From positions 4,064,001-4,128,000 of the forward strand of contig OZ251459.1 in the NCBI GenBank assembly GCA_965242525.1: a stretch of 64,000 nucleotides of DNA, given 5' to 3'. Shown here in pieces: positions 28,015-36,352 of this stretch. The notes under the pieces are model-generated. The model saw only the letters and a list, made by a program, of their open reading frames with translations. It was not told the origin of the DNA and did no database searches. The DNA is from an uncultured Candidatus Binatia bacterium. GTDB taxonomy: Bacteria; Desulfobacterota; Binatia; UBA9968; JAJDTQ01. A program made the position numbers and the translations under genes. Numbering within the stretch: the stretch's first letter is position 1; each line of letters begins with the position of its first letter.

Positions 28015-29118
28015 ATGCTTCGAAACATGGTTTGGGCGGCGGTTGCGGCGCTGGCGCTGTCCTCGTCTCCCCTGTGGGCGGACTACGACGCGGGGCGGAA
28101 GGCATGGAATGCGGGCAATCCCGCGCAGGCGCTGTCGGAGTGGCGGACGGCGGCGAACGCGGGGGACCGGCGGGCCATGCTGGCGTTGGGACGGCTGTAT
28201 GCCCGGGGGCTGGGAGCGCCGCAGAATTACGTGTTGGCGCACGTGTGGCTCAACTTGGCGGCGAGCCGGGGAGAGTTGGCGGCAGTGAAGGATCGAGACG
28301 CGATCGAGGCGAAGCTGATGCCGGCGGAACGGGCAGAGGCGCAGAAGCGGGCGCAGGGCTTGGGAGAGAGGGTGGAACGAGGAGAGCGTTTGGCGAGAAA
28401 GTACCCGCCGGGAAGGAGGCTGCGGGACTGTGATGAGTGTCCTGAGCTGGTGGCGGTTCCCCGGGGGAGTTACAGGATGGGTCCTTCGCTTTCCGTGCAT
28501 CGTGTGGTGATAGGGGAGCCGTTTGCTGTGGGGATGTACGAGGTAACGTTCGATGAGTGGGAAGCGTGTGTGCGAGGGGGTGGGTGCAACGGATATCGGC
28601 CGGATGACGAAGGTTGGGGCCGGGGTCGTCGGCCGGTAGTCAATGTGGATTGGGGGGATGCGAAGGCGTATGTGGAGTGGTTGTCGAGAGAGACGGGCAA
28701 GGAGTATCGGTTGTTGAGCGAGTCGGAGTGGGAGTACGTGGCGCGAGGGGGGAGCAGGACGAGGTATCATTGGGGAGACTCGATAAGGCAGAACCGTGCG
28801 AATTGCAATGGTTGCGGGAGTCGGTGGGACAACGAGAGGACAGCGCCGGTGGGGAGTTTCGGAGCGAACGGATTTGGATTGTACGACGTGCACGGGAACG
28901 TGTGGGAGTGGGTGGAGGACTGTTGGAACGACGATTACGTGGGGGCGCCATCGGATGGGAGCGCATGGGAGAGTGGGCAATGTCGCCGGCGGGTGCTTCG
29001 CGGGGGTTCCTGGAGCTACATTCCGTGGCTCCTGCGGTCCGCGAACCGCAACTGGCTCGCCAGCGGTATCCGGTTCAACAACGTCGGGTTCCGTGTTGCC
29101 CGGACGCTCACCCTGTGA
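28015..29118 (+). CDS. Secreted Sel1-repeat + FGE-sulfatase (SUMF1, CLec-fold) protein; probable DGR target
   Basis: Signal peptide; Sel1-like AMLALGRLYARGLGAPQNY; RDCDECPELV, YEVTFDEW, RLLSESEWEYVAR, NGFGLYDVHGNVWEWV, RVLRGGSW...GFRVARTL. Confidence 0.9.
   Translation: MLRNMVWAAVAALALSSSPLWADYDAGRKAWNAGNPAQALSEWRTAANAGDRRAMLALGRLYARGLGAPQNYVLAHVWLNLAASRGELAAVKDRDAIEAKLMPAERAEAQKRAQGLGERVERGERLARKYPPGRRLRDCDECPELVAVPRGSYRMGPSLSVHRVVIGEPFAVGMYEVTFDEWEACVRGGGCNGYRPDDEGWGRGRRPVVNVDWGDAKAYVEWLSRETGKEYRLLSESEWEYVARGGSRTRYHWGDSIRQNRANCNGCGSRWDNERTAPVGSFGANGFGLYDVHGNVWEWVEDCWNDDYVGAPSDGSAWESGQCRRRVLRGGSWSYIPWLLRSANRNWLASGIRFNNVGFRVARTLTL
28990..29118 (+). other. Putative DGR variable region (VR) and IMH
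   Basis: Codons TGG AGC TAC ATT CCG TGG CTC CTG CGG TCC GCG AAC CGC AAC TGG CTC GCC AGC GGT ATC CGG TTC AAC AAC GTC GGG TTC: NNC pattern expected from an AAC-rich template; abrupt switch from the C-poor gene body. Confidence 0.7.
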
Positions 29119-29147
29119 ATCGTCGGCTCCTTGCCTCGGCGCTCCGC

Positions 29148-29222
29148 AGGCGGCGCCTGGACGAGATCGGGTGCAAGATCGGGGCCTGGAGCAAGATACA
29201 TCGTGTTAGGGAAAGCGCGTAA
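29148..29222 (+). pseudogene. avd: C-terminal fragment of a DGR accessory protein (Avd-like)
   Basis: Encodes RRRLDEIGCKIGAWSKIHRVRESA*, matching the Avd C-terminal helix pattern LxEIGxxIGxW; no start codon or N-terminus. Confidence 0.62.
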
Positions 29223-29320
29223 CTTCTTGGACAGAAGGGCTACGCGGGCTATGTGGACGACTTCGCTCTGCTCCACGACGATCCCGAACGGTTACATGGC
29301 GTCGTCGTCGTGTGTCGGGG
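29203..29320 (+). pseudogene. Collapsed reverse transcriptase remnant (DGR type)
   Basis: 29235-29297 reads KGYAGYVDDFALLHDDPERLH (YVDD motif), then WRRRRVSG in a shifted frame; VLGKARNFLDR at 29203 resembles an RT start overlapping the avd end. Confidence 0.7.
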
Positions 29321-29377
29321 CGACCGTTGTATCGTCCTGAAGTTTGTGGGAGTATTGGCAGAACAAGGCAGGCGCCC

Positions 29378-29602
29378 ATGCGTACTTGCACCGCAGTCGT
29401 GGAACGCTGTCCCGACACGGGCCTCTATGTTGGCTACGTCCCGGGGTTTCCGGGGGCCCACAGTCAGGGAGAGACGCTCGAGGAGCTCGACGAGAACCTC
29501 AAGGAGGTGGTCGCCCTTCTCCTCGATGGCGGGGATCCCGTGTTGGAGGGCGAGTACGTCGGCGCCCGGACCGTCGTCGTAGCCTGCCCGTCCCCGTCCT
29601 GA
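29378..29602 (+). CDS. hicB: HicB-family antitoxin (probable read-through of the original stop)
   Basis: MRTCTAVVERCPDTGLYVGYVPGFPGAHSQGETLEELDENLKEV. Confidence 0.85.
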   Translation: MRTCTAVVERCPDTGLYVGYVPGFPGAHSQGETLEELDENLKEVVALLLDGGDPVLEGEYVGARTVVVACPSPS

Positions 29603-29718
29603 AACCGCGCGACGTCATCGTCATCCTTGCCGCACTCGGCTTCGAGGAAGCGCGCCAGCGTGGTTCACACAAGCAGTTTCGCCATGCCGACCGGAGTCGA
29701 GCCGGGCTTGACTCGTAG
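29594..29718 (+). pseudogene. hicA: hicA toxin fragment
   Basis: PVLKPRDVIVILAALGFEEARQRGSHKQFRHAD then a stop; lacks a start codon and the C-terminal half. Confidence 0.75.
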
Positions 29719-29740
29719 TATCGAACCCAGGAGGAATCCG

Positions 29741-30808
29741 ATGGCCAAAGCCAAAGTGTTCGTGTTCGCCCCCAACGACGCCAAGGGCGATTCCCACAGG
29801 AAGATGGAGGACGCCGGCTGCGAGCTGGTGCTGGGCCAGGCGGGCTGGCACACCCCGCAAGGCGACAACGAAGCCGAGATGTGCGCCATGGCCGAGGGGG
29901 CCCATGCCCTGGTGGGCACGTCCATCCGCAGTTCCCCCATCACCAAAGCCGTCATGCAGAGTTCCCGGGACCTGCGGGTGGTGGCCAAATACACCATCGG
30001 CGTGGACGACGTGGACGTGGAGGCGGCCACCGAGTTGGGCGTCATGGTTTGCCACGCGCCCACGGAGTCCAACTGGGGCGGCGTGGCCGAGGGAACCATC
30101 ACGGGCATGTTGACCATGCTCAAGCGGGTGCGCGAACGGGACCGGCACCTGAAGTCGGGGGGCGAATGGCGGGACCTGAGCCTGCAGGGAACCTACGTGG
30201 GGTCCCGCGCCATGGACGGCTACCCCGGCATCACCCTCGGCATCATCGGCCTGGGCCGCATCGGGACCCGCGTGGCCAAGCTCATGAAGCCCTGGGGCAT
30301 GAGGATGATCGCATCGGATCCCTACGTGCCGGACGGGAAGTTCGAGGAAGCCGGCGTGGAGAAGGTCGATCTGCCCACGCTGCTGCGGGAGTCGGACGTG
30401 GTGACGCTCCACGTGGTCCTCACCGGGGAGACCCACCACATGATCGGCAGAGAGCAGTTGGCGCAGATGAAGAAGACCGCGGTCTTCATCAACACCTCCC
30501 GCGGGTACTGCGTCAACGAGCCCGAGTTGGCAGAAGCGTTGCAGGACGACGTGATCTCGGGCGCGGTCCTCGACGTGTTCGAGGACGAGCCGCTGTCCAT
30601 GGACAGCCCGCTCAGGAAACTCGGTGACAAGGTGATCCTGTCGGCCCACATGGTATCGTCCAACCGGGGCAGCGGCCTCCACCCCGGCGTGGTCTGGGCC
30701 ACGAGCTCCGTGCTGGCCGCGCTGCGCGGCGAGGTCCCGGACAACGTCTACAACAAGGAGGTCATCGAGCAGTGGAAGAGCCGCTTCGGCGGCAAGAGCC
30801 TCATCTGA
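29741..30808 (+). CDS. D-isomer-specific 2-hydroxyacid dehydrogenase (SerA-like)
   Basis: LGIIGLGRIG, INTSRG, LDVFEDEP, SAH motifs; AGGAGG RBS. Confidence 0.9.
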   Translation: MAKAKVFVFAPNDAKGDSHRKMEDAGCELVLGQAGWHTPQGDNEAEMCAMAEGAHALVGTSIRSSPITKAVMQSSRDLRVVAKYTIGVDDVDVEAATELGVMVCHAPTESNWGGVAEGTITGMLTMLKRVRERDRHLKSGGEWRDLSLQGTYVGSRAMDGYPGITLGIIGLGRIGTRVAKLMKPWGMRMIASDPYVPDGKFEEAGVEKVDLPTLLRESDVVTLHVVLTGETHHMIGREQLAQMKKTAVFINTSRGYCVNEPELAEALQDDVISGAVLDVFEDEPLSMDSPLRKLGDKVILSAHMVSSNRGSGLHPGVVWATSSVLAALRGEVPDNVYNKEVIEQWKSRFGGKSLI

Positions 30809-30842
30809 GCCGTATGGCGACGACGGGACGGGGTTCAGGAAG

Positions 30843-31115
30843 ATGAGCACGGGATACATCCTCAGCGACTATCTCGAACAGGCCATGGCGTCGGCGACCT
30901 ACGACAAGCTGGACGACGGCAGCTTCGCGGGCCGGATCCCGCCGTGTACGGGCGTGGTCGCCTTTGGAGCTACGCTGATGGAGTGCGAGCGCCTGTTGCG
31001 CTCCACATTGGAGGATTGGCTTGTCCTCGGCCTGAGGCTCGGCCACTCGATCCCGGTTCTCGCGGGGCTCGATCTGAACGGGGAGACCGCTCGTGAGCGG
31101 TTGGACACCGTGTAA
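30843..31115 (+). CDS. hicB: HicB-family antitoxin
   Basis: YDKLDDGSFAGRIPPCTGVVAFGATLMECERLLRSTLEDW...GHSIP. Confidence 0.8.
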   Translation: MSTGYILSDYLEQAMASATYDKLDDGSFAGRIPPCTGVVAFGATLMECERLLRSTLEDWLVLGLRLGHSIPVLAGLDLNGETARERLDTV

Positions 31116-31323
31116 GCGCAATCTCTTCATCCGCCGCTTGCGCAAACTCGATTTCGATGGACCGTTCTCGGGCTCACGGCACCAGTTCATGCTCTACGGG
31201 GTTCACCGGTTGGCCTTGCCGTCGAACGACGAGTATTCGGTCCCGCAGCTTCGCATGATGATTCGGGAAGTCGAAGGCGTCATGGGCCGTCCCGTTTCGC
31301 TGGACGAGTGGCGTCGGCTCTAG
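31093..31323 (+). CDS. hicA: HicA-family toxin (apparently intact)
   Basis: FIRRLRKLDFDGPFSGSRHQFM...LALP...LRMMIRE; overlaps hicB. Confidence 0.78.
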   Translation: MSGWTPCKRNLFIRRLRKLDFDGPFSGSRHQFMLYGVHRLALPSNDEYSVPQLRMMIREVEGVMGRPVSLDEWRRL

Positions 31324-31368
31324 CCGGGAATCACGGACGCTCTGAGCGGGTCGGGAACGGGAAGGGTA

Positions 31369-33300
31369 GTGGGAGACCAGGACGTAAGGCGGGACGAGGA
31401 CGCGGTCCGGCTGCGCTCGTTCATCTCGCGCCTGCTGTGCGACGTGCAGGCGTTGGAGCGGATGCTGTCGGAGGGGATGATCGAGTCCGGGGTGCACCGC
31501 ATCGGCGCCGAGCAGGAACTCTTCCTGGTGGACGCCTCCCGGCGGCCGGCGCCGCGGGCGCTGGAGTTGCTGGAGCGGGTGGCTGATCCCCACTACACCA
31601 CCGAGCTCGGGCTCTTCAACCTGGAGATCAACCTCGACCCGTTGCCGTTCGAGGACGACTGCCTGAGCCGGCTGGAGCGGCAGCTCGACGGCGCGCTGGC
31701 CCGGCTCCGGGAGGCGGCCCGCGAGTGCGGCGCGGAGGTGGTCCTCACCGGCATCCTGCCGACCCTGCGCAAGTCCGACCTGGCGCTGGCCTGCATGACC
31801 CCCCGGCCGCGCTACCGGGCGCTCAACTCGGTGCTCCGGCAACTGCGCGGGGGCGACTACGAGTTCCGGCTCAAGGGCGCCGACGAGTTGAACGTCAAGC
31901 ACGACTCGGTGATGCTCGAAGCGGCGTGCACCAGCTTCCAGGTGCACTACCAGGTGGAGCCCGCGGAGTTCGCCCGGTGCTACAACCTAGCCCAGGCCAT
32001 GACCGCGCCGCTGCTGGCCGCGGCCGCCAACTCGCCGCTGCTGTTCGGGCGCAGGCTGTGGCGCGAGACGCGCATCCCGCTGTTCCAGCAATCCATCGAC
32101 ACGCGCCAGGCCGCCCACCACATGCGCGAGCGCGCCGCGCGCGTGAGCTTCGGGCGGCAGTGGGTGCGGGACTCCATCCTGGAGTTGATCCAGGAGGACC
32201 TGGCGCGCTTCCGCGTGCTGATCGAGAGCGACGTGGAGGAGGACTCCCTGGAGGTCCTGGAGCAGGGCGGCCTCCCGGAGCTCAAGGCGTTGCGCACCCA
32301 CACCGGCACGGTATATCGTTGGAACCGGGGTTGCTTCGGCATCGGCGAGGGCAAGGCCCACCTGCGGATCGAGAACCGGGTCCTGCCCGCGGGTCCCACG
32401 GTGGTCGATGAGGTGGCCAACGCCGCCTTCTTCCTCGGGCTGCTCCGGGGCGGACAGGAGGCCTACGGAGACGTGGCCGCAGCCATGCCCTTCCACGACG
32501 CCGAGGCCAACTTCCTGGCCGCGGCGCAACGGGGGCTCGACGCCCAGTTCGCCTGGGTGGACGGCAAGGCGGCGCCGGCCCGGGACCTGATCCGCCGGGA
32601 GCTGCTGCCGCTGGCGCGGGAGGGGCTGCGCGCCGCCGGTCTCCGTTCCGAGGACGGCGACCGTTACCTGGGGGTGGTGGAGCAGCGGGTGGCGTCGGGT
32701 CGGACCGGCGCGTCCTGGTTGCTGCGCTCGCTGACGGACATGCAGGGGGCGGACACCCGGGAGGCGCTGCTCAGCGCCCTCACCGCGGCCACCGTCAACC
32801 GCCAATGGGAGGGAGCGCCCGTGCACGAATGGCCCTTGGCCCGGGTGGAGGAAGGCCGCGTCCGCAGGCTGCAGGACCTGCGCATCGAGGAGTTCATGAC
32901 CACGGACCTGTTCACCGTCCATCCGGACGAGCCCGTGGACCTGGTGGCCCGGCTCATGGACTGGAAGCGCATCCGGCACGTGCCGGTGGAGGACGAGCAG
33001 GGCAAGCTCGCGGGCCTGATCTCGTGCTTCGAGGTCTTGCGCCACTGCGCGTCGGCCTCGCGCGCGGCCGACGGAGGTCCCGCGCCGGTCAGCGCCGTGA
33101 TGCAGCCCCGGCCCATGACCGTCGCGCCGGAAGCCCCGGTGCTGGAGGCCATCGCCCTCATGCGGCGGGAGAAGAGCGACTACCTGCTGGTGGTCAAGGA
33201 GGAGCGCCTGGTGGGGATCGTGACGGAACCCGACATCCTCGACCTGACGGCGCGGCTGCTCGGCGACGCCGCCCGGGAGTCCGAGACCGGTGGCGCCTGA
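31369..33300 (+). CDS. Glutamate-cysteine ligase (GCS2-like) protein with a C-terminal CBS pair
   Basis: IGAEQELFLVD, TELGLFNLEINL, CTSFQVHYQV, LWRETRIPLFQQS, HLRIENRVLPAGPT; CBS FMTTDLFTV...IRHVPVED. Confidence 0.88.
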   Translation: MGDQDVRRDEDAVRLRSFISRLLCDVQALERMLSEGMIESGVHRIGAEQELFLVDASRRPAPRALELLERVADPHYTTELGLFNLEINLDPLPFEDDCLSRLERQLDGALARLREAARECGAEVVLTGILPTLRKSDLALACMTPRPRYRALNSVLRQLRGGDYEFRLKGADELNVKHDSVMLEAACTSFQVHYQVEPAEFARCYNLAQAMTAPLLAAAANSPLLFGRRLWRETRIPLFQQSIDTRQAAHHMRERAARVSFGRQWVRDSILELIQEDLARFRVLIESDVEEDSLEVLEQGGLPELKALRTHTGTVYRWNRGCFGIGEGKAHLRIENRVLPAGPTVVDEVANAAFFLGLLRGGQEAYGDVAAAMPFHDAEANFLAAAQRGLDAQFAWVDGKAAPARDLIRRELLPLAREGLRAAGLRSEDGDRYLGVVEQRVASGRTGASWLLRSLTDMQGADTREALLSALTAATVNRQWEGAPVHEWPLARVEEGRVRRLQDLRIEEFMTTDLFTVHPDEPVDLVARLMDWKRIRHVPVEDEQGKLAGLISCFEVLRHCASASRAADGGPAPVSAVMQPRPMTVAPEAPVLEAIALMRREKSDYLLVVKEERLVGIVTEPDILDLTARLLGDAARESETGGA

Positions 33301-34483
33301 GTCCCCGGCAGGCCCGCGCCGCTTTCCCCGCGTGCTCGGGACCTGGGGCGGCGACGCCCCCGGACCCCTGGTGATCGGCATCGGCGGGATGCACGGCAAC
33401 GAGCCCGCGGGCGCGCTGGCCTTGCAGCAGGCGCTGGAGACCCTGCGGTCCTCCCGCACGCCCTTTCGCGGCCGGTTCGTCGGCCTGTCCGGCAACCGGG
33501 CGGCCCTGGCCCGGGGGCGCCGGTACGTCCACGAGGACTTCAACCGGCTGTGGTCCGCGGAGCGCGTCCGGCGGCTGCGGAACGGCCGCGACTCGGTGGA
33601 GGCGACCTCCGAGACGGAGGAGCAGCGCGAGCTCCTGGCGGTGCTGGAGGACCATCTCGCCCAACGCAGCGGACCGGTGGTCTGCCTCGACCTCCACACC
33701 ACCTCCGCCGCGGGCACGCCGTTCGTGGTCATCGGCGACACCCTCCTCAACCGGCGCTTTGCCTTTGGTCTCGGCGCCCCGGTGGTCCTTGGCCTGGAGG
33801 AGCGGCTGGAGAGCACCATTCTGAACCACCTGGGGGAACAGGGGTATGTGGCGGTGGGCTTCGAGGGCGGACAACACGATTCGCCTTCGGCGTTGGCCAT
33901 CCACCTGGCGGCCATCCGCAGCGTGCTGGCCACCGCGGGGTGCGTCCGGGCGGAAGACTTCCGGGCGGCGCCGGACCGCGGAAGCGCCGGGTCCGCGGCG
34001 GAGGCGTCCGCGGGTCGGGCGGCGCCGCAGGTGGTGGAGATCCGGGACCATCACGTGATCCGGGAAGGCGACGACTTCGTCATGGAGCCCGGTTTCACCA
34101 ACTTCCAGCCGGTGCAGCGCGGCCAGGTGCTCGCCCGGGACCGCCGCGGCCCCATCCTTGCGCGCGAGTCCGGCCAGATCCTCATGCCGCTCTACCAGGA
34201 ACAGGGCACGGACGGGTTCTTCCTGGTGCGGCAGGTGCGGCCCTTCTGGCTGCGCGCGGCCGCGTGGCTGCGGCGTCTCCGGTTCGAGCGCTTCCTGCCG
34301 TTCCTGCCCGGGGTGCGCCTGCATGCGGACCGTCCGGTGACCCTGGTGGTGGACCCGCGCATCGCCCGGTGGTTCGTGGTGGAGTTGTTCCACCTGCTGG
34401 GTTTCCGCAAGAGACGCTCGCGGCAAGGCAAGCTGGTGGTCAGCCGGCGGTGGCATGAACCCTGCTCGTTCGAAGAACCGTAG
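33290..34483 (+). CDS. Succinylglutamate desuccinylase/aspartoacylase (M14-like) protein
   Basis: GGMHGNEPAG, DFNRLW, LDLHTTS, FEGGQH; overlaps the upstream gene. Confidence 0.88.
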   Translation: MAPESPAGPRRFPRVLGTWGGDAPGPLVIGIGGMHGNEPAGALALQQALETLRSSRTPFRGRFVGLSGNRAALARGRRYVHEDFNRLWSAERVRRLRNGRDSVEATSETEEQRELLAVLEDHLAQRSGPVVCLDLHTTSAAGTPFVVIGDTLLNRRFAFGLGAPVVLGLEERLESTILNHLGEQGYVAVGFEGGQHDSPSALAIHLAAIRSVLATAGCVRAEDFRAAPDRGSAGSAAEASAGRAAPQVVEIRDHHVIREGDDFVMEPGFTNFQPVQRGQVLARDRRGPILARESGQILMPLYQEQGTDGFFLVRQVRPFWLRAAAWLRRLRFERFLPFLPGVRLHADRPVTLVVDPRIARWFVVELFHLLGFRKRRSRQGKLVVSRRWHEPCSFEEP

Positions 34484-34523
34484 GAAACCTTGGACGATTA
34501 CCCCCGTTCGTCCCGGGATCCCC

Positions 34524-34564
34524 CCGTTCGTCCTGAGCGTAGCGAAGCGAAGTCGAAGGACGCG
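34524..34564 (+). repeat. REP-like palindrome, copy 3
   Basis: Exact 41-bp unit. Confidence 0.9.
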
Positions 34565-34680
34565 CTTTCCCACCGGGAGAGGGAGTCCGAGCCGGAACGG
34601 ATCAGACGTTCCCGTGCAGGCTTGGGGGCCTCGACGACGGACGTGAGCGGCGTGACGGAAGAGCGGAAGGAGACGGACCC

Positions 34681-36201
34681 ATGAGAACGGCGCGGAACCG
34701 GACCTCCCCGGTGTGGGCGGTCGCGGCGCTGGCCGCGGCCATGCTTGCCGCAGGCGCGTGCTTCGCGGAACCGGTGGCCCTCACCATCGTCCACTTCAAC
34801 GACCTGGACCGCATGGAAGAACGCCGCGGCCAGGGCGGCGTCGCCCGCCTCGCCGCGGTGGTACGGGCCGAGCGGGCCCGCGGCTCCCGCGTCCTCGTGA
34901 CCTTCGCCGGCGACGCCCTGTCGCCTTCGCTCCTGTCCGGCATCGACCAGGGCGCCCACATGATCGACCTGCTGAACCGGGTGGGCCTCACGGCCATGGC
35001 CATCGGCAACCACGAGTACGACTTCGGCCCGGACGTGGCCGGGCAGCGTTTCTCCGAAGCCAGGTTCCCCGTCCTCGGGGCCAACAACCTGGATACCGAC
35101 GGGGAGGTCATCGATGGCGCCCGGGCGTCGATCATGGTCGATGCCGGGCGGTTCAAGGTGGGGATCTTCGGTCTCACCACCGTCAGCACCGCGGTCAAGT
35201 CGAAACCCGGGAGGATCGTCTTCCGTCCGGTCATGGAAACGGCCGCGGCCCAGGCCGCCAGGCTGCGCGCGGCCGGCGCGCACCTGGTGGTCGCGCTGGC
35301 CCATACCCACGCGGACGAGGACGCCGCGCTGATCGAGCAGCGCGCGGTGGACGTGTTGCTCAGCGGCGACGACCACCGGCTCGCCCTGGAGTACGACGGC
35401 GCCGTCCTGTTCGCCGAATCGGGCCAGCAGGCGGACTGGGTGACGGTCATCGACCTCACCCTCGACGAGGTGGAGTCCCGCGGCAAGACGCGGTTCGTGT
35501 GGAGCCCGGCCTTTCGCGCGGTCCATACCGGCCGCGTCAGCCCGGACCCCGAGCTGGCCGCGGCCGTCCGGGAGTACCGCGGCAAGCTGTCGCGGGACCT
35601 GGGCTTGGAGATCGGCGAGACCGCCACCGAGCTGGACAGCCGCCGGGCCACGGTCCGCACCCGCGAGGCCGCCGTCGGCAACCTGGTCACCGACGCCATG
35701 CGCGCGGCGGTGGGCGCCGACCTGGCCCTCGTCAACAGCGGCGGCATCCGCGGCGACAAGGTCCATCCGCCCGGCGCGAGGCTGACCCGGCGCGACATCC
35801 TGAACGAGCTGCCCTTCGGCGACAAGACCGTCCTCATCCGGGTGACCGGGCGCCAAGTCCGCGCCGCCCTCGAGAACGGGTTCAGCCGGATCGAGAGCAA
35901 GTCCGGCCGGTTCCCCCAGGTCTCCGGGATGGAGGTGGTGTTCGACCCCGCCCGCCCGGCCGGCAGCCGCGTGGTGGAGGTCCGGCACGACGGCGCCGCC
36001 CTCGACCCGGACGCTGCCTACCGGTTGGCCACCAACCACTTCCTGGGCCGCGGCGGCGACGGGTACGGCGTCCTCGCCAACGGGGAACCCCTGATCGACG
36101 CCAACGCGGGCAGGCTGACGGCCGCCCAGGTCATGGAATACGTCGCTGCCCGGGGCTCGGTCGCGCCGCGCCCGGAAGGCCGTCTGCGCACCGTCGATTA
36201 G
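34681..36201 (+). CDS. Secreted bifunctional metallophosphatase/5'-nucleotidase
   Basis: IVHFND, AGDALSPS, IGNHEYDFG, LAHT, SGDDH; C-domain NSGGIR, LPFGD, FPQVSG, GGDGY. Confidence 0.92.
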   Translation: MRTARNRTSPVWAVAALAAAMLAAGACFAEPVALTIVHFNDLDRMEERRGQGGVARLAAVVRAERARGSRVLVTFAGDALSPSLLSGIDQGAHMIDLLNRVGLTAMAIGNHEYDFGPDVAGQRFSEARFPVLGANNLDTDGEVIDGARASIMVDAGRFKVGIFGLTTVSTAVKSKPGRIVFRPVMETAAAQAARLRAAGAHLVVALAHTHADEDAALIEQRAVDVLLSGDDHRLALEYDGAVLFAESGQQADWVTVIDLTLDEVESRGKTRFVWSPAFRAVHTGRVSPDPELAAAVREYRGKLSRDLGLEIGETATELDSRRATVRTREAAVGNLVTDAMRAAVGADLALVNSGGIRGDKVHPPGARLTRRDILNELPFGDKTVLIRVTGRQVRAALENGFSRIESKSGRFPQVSGMEVVFDPARPAGSRVVEVRHDGAALDPDAAYRLATNHFLGRGGDGYGVLANGEPLIDANAGRLTAAQVMEYVAARGSVAPRPEGRLRTVD

Positions 36202-36352
36202 CCCGCCGGGCCTCGTCCGCGAGCGTCTCCGCTCCGGTGGCAAGGCGTCCCGGAAAGGGGTTCGGGACGCTTGCAACCCACCCGGAAATCGAATAGGGAT
36301 GGATTCCCGGCCCTCGTTGCCGCCGCGGCAACGTTTGGTCAGGGAGGACGCC

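Noticed and set aside
29119-29380. A complete, active DGR at this locus
   Set aside because: Only fragments of avd and RT remain and no template repeat was found by eye in the window.
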